DNA of 64,000 nt. Origin: an uncultured Anaerolineaceae bacterium. Lineage in GTDB: Bacteria > Chloroflexota > Anaerolineae > Anaerolineales > Anaerolineaceae. How positions within the stretch are numbered: the stretch's first letter is position 1; every line of letters begins with the position of its first letter. The stretch is from contig CAYTHO010000008.1 in NCBI GenBank assembly GCA_964437595.1, forward strand, positions 27,427 to 91,426, in the 5' to 3' direction. Made by a program: the position numbers and the translations under genes. The notes beneath the pieces were generated by a model, which made no database searches, had not been told where the DNA came from, and was given only the letters and a program-made list of their open reading frames with translations. Shown piece by piece: positions 44,219 through 52,038 of the stretch.

Positions 44219-45838
44219 TCAGGTCAGTTTAACGACCGGGTAATCCTTATGGGTCAGACGGCCTGTGATGAGATCGCGCGCGGTAATGGTCAGGCGCTTG
44301 TTTTCATCTACTGAGAATTCTACCTCAAAGCGCGCTTCTCCGCGGCGGGCGGGCGGCTCGGCGGTGAGAAAGGTCTGGTTGTGCTCATTCATCCAGAACA
44401 TGGCGCGCTTTTCCTGCTCGGCGGGGGTCAGGCGGGTGATGCGCGCCGCGCCGCTGGGGTCGAAGACCAGCTCGATCGGCTGAGCACTGGTTTTCTGGCG
44501 CACCTCGCCCAGCTCGTAGATGGCGATACCGAGGTGCTTCTGGTCATCATAAGATGCTTTAATCGACAGGCGCGTGACGGGCTCATTGGTGGGGTAGGGT
44601 GTGCCGCGCTCGACGATGGTGCGGTAATCGTATTTGCCCTTTTCTGGGTTCACGTAGCGGATGGCGTAATCGTGCTGGATGTGGTCGAAGAAATCGATCC
44701 CCGCGATGAAAGAGGCCGCGCCGCGCGCCACGGCATCCAGCGGGCGCTCAAATTTGACCCGCTCGCGCCCAAAGATGTGGCGCAGCGTGCTCTGCACCGC
44801 CGGGATCTGGCTGCTGCCGCCTACCATCAGGGCGGCCTGGATGCTGGTTTCATCGTAGCCGCGCTCGGTAGCGGCGTTAATCGCGGAGCGGATAGTCTGG
44901 TTGATCTCGGTGAACAGGTCGTGGTCGTCGAGCAGCTTCTCAAAGCTGGCGCGGGTGAAATCCGCCGCCAGCACCGCGCCGGTTTCGGGGTTAACTACGC
45001 TGAGGTCAGCCTGCTCGGCAAAGGACAGTTTTTCTTTGATGCGCTCGCATTCCACCAGCAGGGCGGTGCTGATGCGGCGCACATCTTCGTCGCTGTCGGA
45101 ACGGTAGTTTTGGCGCAGTACATCCTGGAAGATCCACTGGTCGATGGTGGCGCCGCCGATATCGCGCCCGGCCTTGCCCAGCACCCGGCAGCGCCGCCCG
45201 CTGACCAGGGAGCCTGTGCCGCCCGGCTTGCTTTCTTCAGCTTCAATCAGCACCACCGCGGCATGCATGGTCCCGCCGCCAAAATCGAAAAGCAGGTACA
45301 CGCTGCCCGGCTGGATGTGCGCGCCGTAGCCCAGCGCAGCGGCGGACGGTTCATCGATCAGGCGGAAGCGCGGCATGCCGGCGCTTTCAGCTACGGATGC
45401 CAGCCAGTTTTCGTAGTGCTCGAAGGCTTCCACGGGCACGCTCAAGGCCACTTCTTCATCCCGGAAGCCGGTTTCCTGGGCGGCGAAGACCAGCACGCTG
45501 GTGAGAAAATCCTGACCGGCAGTGTAGGGCGTTATCTCGCGCCCTGCCACGCGCACTTTGTTCGGGCTGCGGTGGCTGATGTAGCGCTTCATCCAGCGGA
45601 AGGTGCTGGGCGACTGGCGCAGCCCGTGTTGAATGACCTGGCTGCCGATCCAGGTGCGGTTATCCGGCGTGTAATGGATCAGGGATGGGATCACGGAAAT
45701 GGTCTCATCTCCCTGCTTTTCAAGCATGCCAAATTCGGGGATGTGCAGCGGCACACCCTGTTGAAGAGTCTCATCCCACAGGGCAACAACGGTATTGGAT
45801 GTACCAAAATCGACAGCCAGGCGTCCGGGCATATCCAC
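44219..45838 (-). CDS. non-canonical Hsp70-family ATPase (actin-fold NBD + beta-sandwich, no helical lid)
   Basis: Phosphate-1 is LAVDFGTSNT, connect is IDEPSAAALGYG, phosphate-2 is LLFDFGGGTMHAAVV, and adenosine is ALMVGGSSQIPAVQSTL. A C-terminal beta-rich segment ends at aa 539 without a lid or EEVD. The start is GTG 45838, or ATG 45832 with a GAGGTG RBS. Confidence 0.8.
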   Translation of the reverse strand: MDMPGRLAVDFGTSNTVVALWDETLQQGVPLHIPEFGMLEKQGDETISVIPSLIHYTPDNRTWIGSQVIQHGLRQSPSTFRWMKRYISHRSPNKVRVAGREITPYTAGQDFLTSVLVFAAQETGFRDEEVALSVPVEAFEHYENWLASVAESAGMPRFRLIDEPSAAALGYGAHIQPGSVYLLFDFGGGTMHAAVVLIEAEESKPGGTGSLVSGRRCRVLGKAGRDIGGATIDQWIFQDVLRQNYRSDSDEDVRRISTALLVECERIKEKLSFAEQADLSVVNPETGAVLAADFTRASFEKLLDDHDLFTEINQTIRSAINAATERGYDETSIQAALMVGGSSQIPAVQSTLRHIFGRERVKFERPLDAVARGAASFIAGIDFFDHIQHDYAIRYVNPEKGKYDYRTIVERGTPYPTNEPVTRLSIKASYDDQKHLGIAIYELGEVRQKTSAQPIELVFDPSGAARITRLTPAEQEKRAMFWMNEHNQTFLTAEPPARRGEARFEVEFSVDENKRLTITARDLITGRLTHKDYPVVKLT

Positions 45839-45841
45839 CTC

Positions 45842-46393
45842 TTACTCCACAATGGCCTTGTAAACCGTCTTCCCCTGGTACGTCACGCCTGCAAAGCGGA
45901 CGGTTACCGCCTGACCAGCCTGCGGCTGGACGCTTTCGTTGATGGGGGTGTGGTGGTTCGGATCATAGGCGACCTGCTCGCCCACCTGCCCGGCGTATTG
46001 AATGCCATAGCGTTCGAGCGCGCGGGGGATGCGCCGGGCTACCGAGAGCACATCGCGCGCCTGGACGGGCTTCCCCTGCTTTTCAAGAAGGTCGGCCTGG
46101 GTGAGGATCTGGCTGGTAGGTCCGGCCAATTCGCCGAAGAGGCGTGCGAACTGCGCGTCCACCGTTTCAGCAATCACCTGTTCCTGGCGCAGGCGCAGGC
46201 GTTCGATTTCCTGCTTGAGGGCGGCAATGCTCTGGCGGCTGCTGTCCAACTCCATGCGCAGGGACTGGTTCTCTTTTTGCAAGCTGAGCCATTCCGCGGG
46301 CTGTACCGTCTGGGCGGTTGGGGCGGAGTGAACAGGACTCCCGGCAGCGGGTTCGCGCGCGGGTTTCAGAAGGTTAGAGAACCATTTTTTCAT
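45842..46393 (-). CDS. GrpE-like nucleotide-exchange factor
   Basis: An N-terminal coiled coil (LRMELDSSRQSIAALKQEIERLRLRQEQ) is followed by a C-terminal beta domain with VAYDPNHHTP...VTVRFAGVTYQGKTVYKAIV (compare GrpE FDP..HEA...GY....RV.RPA.V.V). ATGA overlap with the upstream gene. Confidence 0.7.
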   Translation of the reverse strand: MKKWFSNLLKPAREPAAGSPVHSAPTAQTVQPAEWLSLQKENQSLRMELDSSRQSIAALKQEIERLRLRQEQVIAETVDAQFARLFGELAGPTSQILTQADLLEKQGKPVQARDVLSVARRIPRALERYGIQYAGQVGEQVAYDPNHHTPINESVQPQAGQAVTVRFAGVTYQGKTVYKAIVE

Positions 46394-49143
46394 GCGGATT
46401 TTTCGGCCTCATCCAGGATAATATCGAACTCCCCGTACTGGATCAGCGGCGCTTCCTCAATCTGGATATCGTAACGGAACCGATATTGTAGCAAAGTTCG
46501 CAGAAATTTCAAGCCGTTGCGGACGGGTTCTGGCAGCGATTGATATTCACCGAGGGCCATTACCGTGGAGATCTGGTCGTGCGAAGCCGTCGACAGCGGC
46601 TGGGCAAACAGCTCGGGAATATCCAGCACGCGCAGGTCCCACAGCACCAGGGTGGCTTCGCTGGTTCCGGTGGCCATAAATGCCCCCTGCTGCGACACGC
46701 GCAGCGAAGTCAGCGTTCCCTCTGGCGCAAATCCCTGCCCCATCAGTCGCATATCCGGCCAGTGAATGAAGCGCATCTGGCCCTCAGCCCCAGCCGTTAC
46801 CACCAGCGGGTGCCCGGGTAGGAAATGGATTCCGCGAACCGGCTGGCTGTGCTGAGTCAGCACAGCCCTGCGCGGGCGCTGGGGCAGGGAGTTATGGTAG
46901 TACAGCCCCACCTGCCCATTATGCTGCCCGGCCAGCAGGTACTTCCCATCTGGCGAGAAGACGGCATCCTGAGCGGTGCCTTTCCGAAAGCCATCCGCGC
47001 GGGAGGCCAGGTATGGATTGCCAGGGACGAGGTTCAACTCGGGCAGGCGGACCAGGCTGAGGCGGTCGTGAAGCAGGGCGACGGTGGTATTATCTGGCGA
47101 AATGGCTGCCGAGCGCGCCCAGAAGAGGAACTTTTTCTCCGAAATTTTCTTTTTTCGGGCCAGGTCCCATAAGAAAACGTGGCTGTCGCGCCCGGCGGTG
47201 AGCAGCAGGTCATCGCCCACCGGCTCGAGCGCGGTAACGGTGCCCTCGTGGGCGGTAAGTTGGAAGGCTTCCTCCGGGCCGTAGGCGTATACCGAACACA
47301 TGGCATCGTTATTGGTGCGCTCGGCGCACAGCAGCAGCCCGCGCGGCGTGAAATGTACCTTCCCGACGGAGTGTAGAAAATCTTTCCATACTCGCTCGAC
47401 CGCGGCGGTCTGGAAGTTCCACAACACCACTTTGCGCTGGCTGGTGGCGATAGCCAGCACCGGGCGGTTGGGTGAAAAGGCAACATCATTGATGCGGCCT
47501 TTTACCTTCAAGGTAGCGCGAGAATGCGCCAGCGGTAAGACCCGGGTTAGCTCGGGTCCGGATAAGAGAATGGGCTGCTCGGATAGGCGCACCAACTCAT
47601 CATATACGCCCTGGTCGGCTTCCGCAGGCGGGTGCCAGTTGGCCCTGGACAGGATTTGGATGATTTCCAGGCTGAAAGGGAGGGCCAGGTCAGGCGCCAG
47701 GCGCCAGAGGCGCTCGTACTCGCGGTTTTCGGTCAAAACGCGGATCAGCAGGGCAGCCTCGCTGGGGTTGACCTTCTCCACCCGCGAGCGGTAGTCCACC
47801 CCGGCAAGGATGGTGAGGTAGTCGGTGCGCCTGGCAGCCTGCACGCGCGCGGCGATGCGCTGGCGCATCTCTGGTGGGCTGCCTTCATAAATCGCGCGCA
47901 GCATGCTCTGGTCAAAATCGAGCGCGTCATACTCGGCCCACTGGTCGGTAAGAAAGTAGAAGAGGGAGCGGGTTTCTGGCGCGCGGGGAGCATACCCGCA
48001 GGTCAATGCAACCTCCCTGGCTGCGGCCACATCCTGGGCCGCGGTTGGATCTTCGCCAGGGACATCGTTCGCTTCAATGGCTCGCCCGCACAATGCATCG
48101 CGCGTCTCCGCATCCTTCAGGTTCGCCAGTGCGCGGCGGGCATTCTGCTGGATGGTTTCATCGGGGTCGCGGGTGGCTTGCAACAAGAACGGCAGCCCCT
48201 GCGGGGTGGCTTTTTCGGCGATGTGCATTTGCCCGGCTTTGAGCGCAACCAGCAGGCGCACCCGGGCAGGGCTGCGTGCTTTATAGCCGGCCTGAAGCAG
48301 GGCGGTTTCAAGCAGCGGGCTGCGGTTCTCAGCCCACAGCCGGCAGAACTCATCTACGGCGGCCTGGTTATTGAGATGTGGAAGGCATTGGCGAGCGCGG
48401 GCGGCGATCTCTTTGTCGGTATCCTCGCAGGCAGCTACCAGTGGGGCCACGACCTCGGATCTGCCGCTCATGACGGTTTCGAGCTGGTTAATCAAAAGCG
48501 CGGAGAGCACGCGCGCGGCGGGTGGTTTTTGGGCTACGTAACCGGCCTGGCGCATGATCTCGGCCAGCGCGGGGCTGCGGCTGGACTGCCAGGCCTGGCA
48601 TAAGGAGTCGATCGAGGCGGGGTTGCGCAGGCCGCGGATGACCTCCCCGGCCCGGGCGGCGATCTGCGGATCGCGGTCCGAACAGGCCTGAATCAACGGC
48701 GCGACCAGGTCGGCGCTGCCGCGGGTGATAGTGTTCGCTGCGTCGGGGCGCAGCAGGCTGAGCCGCAGCGCGCTGAGCAGGCGCACGCTGGCGGGGTGGT
48801 CAGCGATGCGGTTGTAGCCCAGCGCGATCTGTTCCAGGTCGGGATGGCGGGTTTCTGCCCACACCCCCCACACAGCATCAATGCCGGTGGAGTAGTTGAT
48901 GCGCTGCAGCGTCTGCCCAGCCATGGCGCGCACATCGGCGTCGCTGTGAAAAGCCAGAACCACCGCCAGCGACTGGGCTGCCAGCCAGTTCCCCGCCAGC
49001 GCGGATTCGTTCAACGCCGCAGTGACCCGGCGGTGCATCCAGCCGCCGATGATGGGCACATCCTGCTCCAGTATCCAGCGCCAGCGTTGGATGCGCTCGG
49101 CTTCGTTATTTTCAGTTGGCCGGTTGGGTTGGTTCTTCGTCAC
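46390..49143 (-). CDS. HEAT-repeat + WD40 beta-propeller protein with conserved YDIQI...GEFDIIL C-terminal tail (paralog of 40702-42996)
   Basis: Three roughly 95-aa HEAT-like modules each carry ...VRLL.AL......APL..AC.D.D..IAARA.....L.N....D..C..W. A central helical region shares LF(F/Y)FL...W..Y.ALDFD with the paralog. WD-like blades include DVAFSPNRPVLAIATSQRKVVLWNF, LLTAGRDSHVFLWDL, AVFSPDGKYLLAGQHNGQVGLY, VVTAGAEGQMRFIHW and MATGTSEATLVLWDL. GTG start. Confidence 0.8.
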   Translation of the reverse strand: MTKNQPNRPTENNEAERIQRWRWILEQDVPIIGGWMHRRVTAALNESALAGNWLAAQSLAVVLAFHSDADVRAMAGQTLQRINYSTGIDAVWGVWAETRHPDLEQIALGYNRIADHPASVRLLSALRLSLLRPDAANTITRGSADLVAPLIQACSDRDPQIAARAGEVIRGLRNPASIDSLCQAWQSSRSPALAEIMRQAGYVAQKPPAARVLSALLINQLETVMSGRSEVVAPLVAACEDTDKEIAARARQCLPHLNNQAAVDEFCRLWAENRSPLLETALLQAGYKARSPARVRLLVALKAGQMHIAEKATPQGLPFLLQATRDPDETIQQNARRALANLKDAETRDALCGRAIEANDVPGEDPTAAQDVAAAREVALTCGYAPRAPETRSLFYFLTDQWAEYDALDFDQSMLRAIYEGSPPEMRQRIAARVQAARRTDYLTILAGVDYRSRVEKVNPSEAALLIRVLTENREYERLWRLAPDLALPFSLEIIQILSRANWHPPAEADQGVYDELVRLSEQPILLSGPELTRVLPLAHSRATLKVKGRINDVAFSPNRPVLAIATSQRKVVLWNFQTAAVERVWKDFLHSVGKVHFTPRGLLLCAERTNNDAMCSVYAYGPEEAFQLTAHEGTVTALEPVGDDLLLTAGRDSHVFLWDLARKKKISEKKFLFWARSAAISPDNTTVALLHDRLSLVRLPELNLVPGNPYLASRADGFRKGTAQDAVFSPDGKYLLAGQHNGQVGLYYHNSLPQRPRRAVLTQHSQPVRGIHFLPGHPLVVTAGAEGQMRFIHWPDMRLMGQGFAPEGTLTSLRVSQQGAFMATGTSEATLVLWDLRVLDIPELFAQPLSTASHDQISTVMALGEYQSLPEPVRNGLKFLRTLLQYRFRYDIQIEEAPLIQYGEFDIILDEAEKSA

Positions 49144-49181
49144 AATCTGCCTTTATCTTCTCGGTTCGCCGCTACCGGCGC

Positions 49182-49255
49182 GGCGCAACGTACTATTTCT
49201 GCGGCGCGAACGCCACTACTTGCGTGGCGCGAACGCCACTATTTGCGTGGCGCGA
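49182..49255. repeat. tandem roughly 23-nt repeats forming alternative hairpins at the AAA-gene stop / intercistronic region
   Basis: ggcgcgaacgccactacttgcgt (49203-49225) and ggcgcgaacgccactatttgcgt (49226-49248) are flanked by degenerate copies at 49182-49202 and from 49249. Read on the minus strand the array is CGCCAC-GCAAAUA-GUGGCG-UUCG-CGCCAC-GCAAGUA-GUGGCG-UUCG-CGCCGC. Confidence 0.7.
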
Positions 49256-50795
49256 TTTCCAGTCGGACAAACTGGTTCTCGGCATCCTGCGCTTCCACAA
49301 AAGAAGCCGATTGAGCGCGGCCTTCGCGCAGCCACTCGCGCAAGTAGTGGATCACCTCGCGCTGCGAGACGGAGAGCGGCACCTGGCGAGACAGCGCGCT
49401 CATAATGTCCGCGGTGGTGAACTCGCGCTCGTTGTCGTTGAAGCCAATGTACATGGCATCGATGATGGCTTGCTCGATCTCCGCGCCAACGTAGCCTTCG
49501 GAGGCGGCAGCCAGGCGGTCGAGGTCGAAATCCTGGGGCAGGCGGCGGCGCTTGCGCAGGTGTACGGCGAAGACCTCTTTGCGTTCCTCCAGGGTGGGTA
49601 GGTCCAGGAAGAAAATTTCGTCAAAGCGGCCTTTACGCAGCAGCTCGGGCGGCAGGCTGGAGATATCGTTGGCAGTGGCTACCACGAACACCGGGGCCTT
49701 TTTCTCCTGCATCCAGGTGAGCACGGTGCCGAACACGCGCGTGCTGGTGCCGCTGTCCAGCCCGCCGTGGGCCAGGGCCTTTTCCATTTCATCAATCCAC
49801 AGCACGCAGGGAGCGATGGTTTCGGCCAGGTGCAGGGCGCGGCGGGTGCGCTCTTCCGATTCGCCAATCAGGCTGCCGAACAGCGCGCCGACATCCAGGC
49901 GCAGGAGGGGCATGCGCCACAACCCGCCGATCATCTTGGCGGTGAGGCTTTTACCGGTGCCGGGGATGCCCAGCAGAGCAATGCCCTTGGGCATGGGCAG
50001 GCCGTATTCGCGGGCGCGGTCGGAGAAAGCCCGGTCGCGCAGGCGCAGCCATTCCTTGAGCACTTTCAGGCCGCCAACGTTATCCAGCGACTCCGTGAAG
50101 GGGAAGAATTCCAGGGCTTCGCTTTCGCGGATGATCTGCTTCTTTTCATCGGTTACCAGGTCGATATCGGTATCGTCGAGCATGCCGTTGCGCACGATGG
50201 CTTTGGCAAATACCCGCTGGGCCTGAGAAGCGGTGAGGCCTACCGCGGCCTTGACCAGCTTTTCTTTCCCTAAAGCCGTCAGGTTAATGCGCACGCCGGA
50301 AATGTGGGTCAGGTCATCGAGCACCTTCTGCAGCTCGCTGGCGTCGGGCAGGGGAACAGCCTCCAGGACGATCTCATCCTTTAGTTCATCGGGGATGCGC
50401 GAGGTTGGGGTAAGGATGAGGATGGATTTCTTGGTGAATTTCATTTCCTGCGAGAGACTGCGCAGCTTGCGGCGCACCTGGGCGTTCTGCCAGAAATCGT
50501 GAAAATCTTTGAGCACAAACAGGGTCGCCACCTGACCGTCCATTTTCCCAATCTGCTCCAGCGCTGCCAGCGGGTCGCGGGCGGCGGGTAAGCTGCCGCT
50601 GCTCGCAGAAACCCATTGGAATCCATCCGCTACGTCCCAACTCATGCTGCTGCGGTGCGTTTCCTCGCACATGCGTTTTATCATCTGCAGGGCGCGTTCT
50701 TCTTCGTGCGTGGTCAGGACAATGAAGGTGAAGCGCGCGCGCAGATAAGTGTCTAACTGCTTTTCAAACCTTGGCATTTCTTTTTCGATCGTCAT
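49239..50795 (-). CDS. Ycf46-type AAA+ ATPase
   Basis: The C-terminal AAA module has Walker A GIPGTGKS, Walker B VLWIDEME, and [21 protein letters not shown] roughly 250-aa N-terminal region lacks a P-loop. [48 protein letters not shown] strongly resembles cyanobacterial/plastid Ycf46 as I remember it. Confidence 0.8.
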   Translation of the reverse strand: MTIEKEMPRFEKQLDTYLRARFTFIVLTTHEEERALQMIKRMCEETHRSSMSWDVADGFQWVSASSGSLPAARDPLAALEQIGKMDGQVATLFVLKDFHDFWQNAQVRRKLRSLSQEMKFTKKSILILTPTSRIPDELKDEIVLEAVPLPDASELQKVLDDLTHISGVRINLTALGKEKLVKAAVGLTASQAQRVFAKAIVRNGMLDDTDIDLVTDEKKQIIRESEALEFFPFTESLDNVGGLKVLKEWLRLRDRAFSDRAREYGLPMPKGIALLGIPGTGKSLTAKMIGGLWRMPLLRLDVGALFGSLIGESEERTRRALHLAETIAPCVLWIDEMEKALAHGGLDSGTSTRVFGTVLTWMQEKKAPVFVVATANDISSLPPELLRKGRFDEIFFLDLPTLEERKEVFAVHLRKRRRLPQDFDLDRLAAASEGYVGAEIEQAIIDAMYIGFNDNEREFTTADIMSALSRQVPLSVSQREVIHYLREWLREGRAQSASFVEAQDAENQFVRLEIAPRK

Positions 50796-51076
50796 TCAGG
50801 CCAGTCTCCCTGTGTTTTTCTGGAGCTTTTGGATTTCGATAGGAATGAGGATTCTTGCCCCGAATATTATATTTTACGCGCATTCGTTCAACTTTTCAAA
50901 TAATTCGAACAATTGTTTTGTTATTGAAACCAAAAATAAGCCATCCATCCTATTTGCTGATAAAATCCCAGGAAAAGGCTGGGGCAAAACTCGACACGTT
51001 CCGTTCTTTTCCCCGAAACCAATCGCAAAGGTAATCCACGTGGTTTGTCTAAGATGGTGAATTGAGGAGGAACAAA

Positions 51077-51949
51077 ATGGATCCCGTTGAACATATCGTT
51101 TCATCGCAGTGCAAGCTGGGGGAAGGCCCCGTGTGGCACCCGGTTGAGCAGGTCTTGTACTGGTTGGATATCTACCAGGGCCAACTCCATCGTTATGACT
51201 CGCACACGCAAGACCATGCTGTGGTGGAGTTAGGGCTGGTAACCAGCGCAATGGGTGTGAGGCCTGGGGGCGGGTTTGTCATGGCGACTCAGAAGGGGTT
51301 TGCCTTGTGGGACCCCAACTCCGGGAATTTTCAGTTCCTTGGGGACCCGGATGCCGATGAAACGGGCAGCACCCGCTTCAATGACGGTAAAACCGACCGC
51401 CAGGGGCGGTTTTGGGCGGGGAAAATGGGGCCTGACCCGGCCAACAGCCTCTTCCGCCTGGGTGCTGACCGCTCAATACAGCGCATGGAAAGCAGCATCT
51501 ACATCTCGAATGGTTTGGGCTGGAGCCCGGACAACCGGGTCTTCTACTTTACCGATTCGATGGCGAGGGCCATTTATGCGTACGATTTCGACGCCGATCG
51601 TGGTTTGATTGGCAGGCGCAGGATATTTGCACAGGTGGCAAACGATCCAAAGGAAGGCCTGCCGGATGGTCTGGCGGTGGATGCCGAGGGCTGCATCTGG
51701 AGCGCCCGGTGGGGCGGCTGGAAAGTGGTGCGTTATTCGCCGGACGGATCGGTGGAACGAGAGATACCAATGCCGGTGGAATTCCCAACCAGCTGTGCAT
51801 TTGGAGGGTCCGGCCTGACCGATCTTTATATTACCTCTGCCTGGGTTGAGGTACCCCCTGAACGGAGAGACAGCCAGCCTATGGCTGGGGATTTATTCCG
51901 CCTGCGGGCGGGAGTCAGGGGCCTGGAGGAGCCGCTTTACCTGGGATAG
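51077..51949 (+). CDS. SMP-30/gluconolactonase/LRE-family lactonase
   Basis: LGEGPVWHPVEQVLYWLDI..G.LHRYD, RFNDGK.D..GRFWAG, PDG...D.EG..W.A.WGG and LYITSA. GAGGAGG RBS before ATG 51077. Confidence 0.85.
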   Translation: MDPVEHIVSSQCKLGEGPVWHPVEQVLYWLDIYQGQLHRYDSHTQDHAVVELGLVTSAMGVRPGGGFVMATQKGFALWDPNSGNFQFLGDPDADETGSTRFNDGKTDRQGRFWAGKMGPDPANSLFRLGADRSIQRMESSIYISNGLGWSPDNRVFYFTDSMARAIYAYDFDADRGLIGRRRIFAQVANDPKEGLPDGLAVDAEGCIWSARWGGWKVVRYSPDGSVEREIPMPVEFPTSCAFGGSGLTDLYITSAWVEVPPERRDSQPMAGDLFRLRAGVRGLEEPLYLG

Positions 51950-51966
51950 GTTCCAGAACGAATAAC

Positions 51967-52017
51967 ATGCCAGAAGCAAATTTCCGAACGGAAAATCTGC
52001 TTCTGGCATTTCATTTT
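51967..52017. terminator. long hairpin between convergent lactonase and GH10 genes
   Basis: ATGCCAGAAGCA...TGCTTCTGGCAT forms a 12-bp outer stem. An inner ATTTCC/GGAAAT stem carries a GAAC loop. It is followed by TTCATTTTC. Confidence 0.6.
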
Positions 52018-52038
52018 CACCAATCGCCAGGAAGAGAA

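Noticed and set aside
45520-45560. KVRVAGREI in the Hsp70-like protein as a glycyl-radical loop (RVxG[FY]) for the radical-SAM activase
   Set aside because: It matches only R-V-A-G. The aromatic residue after Gly is missing, and the motif is not near a C-terminus. It sits inside the actin-fold nucleotide-binding domain, where such a loop would be buried.
44381-46474. A 697-aa ORF on the plus strand spanning the Hsp70-like and GrpE-like genes
   Set aside because: It is antisense to two genes with clear family motifs. Its translation is low-complexity and rich in Ala/Gly/Arg, with no recognisable motif. This is the typical shadow ORF of high-GC DNA.
48830-48860. An HPD tripeptide (AETRHPDLEQ) in the large HEAT-WD40 protein as a hidden J-domain for the operon Hsp70
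   Set aside because: The surrounding sequence lacks the J-domain helices II/III pattern (no KAYRKLA-like helix, no following F/Y-rich helix). It falls inside a HEAT-like repeat, so it is most likely a chance tripeptide.
49182-49255. The tandem repeats as a mini CRISPR array
   Set aside because: The units are contiguous, with no spacers. They are only about 23 nt long, with 2-3 copies. They partly overlap a CDS end, and no cas genes are present.
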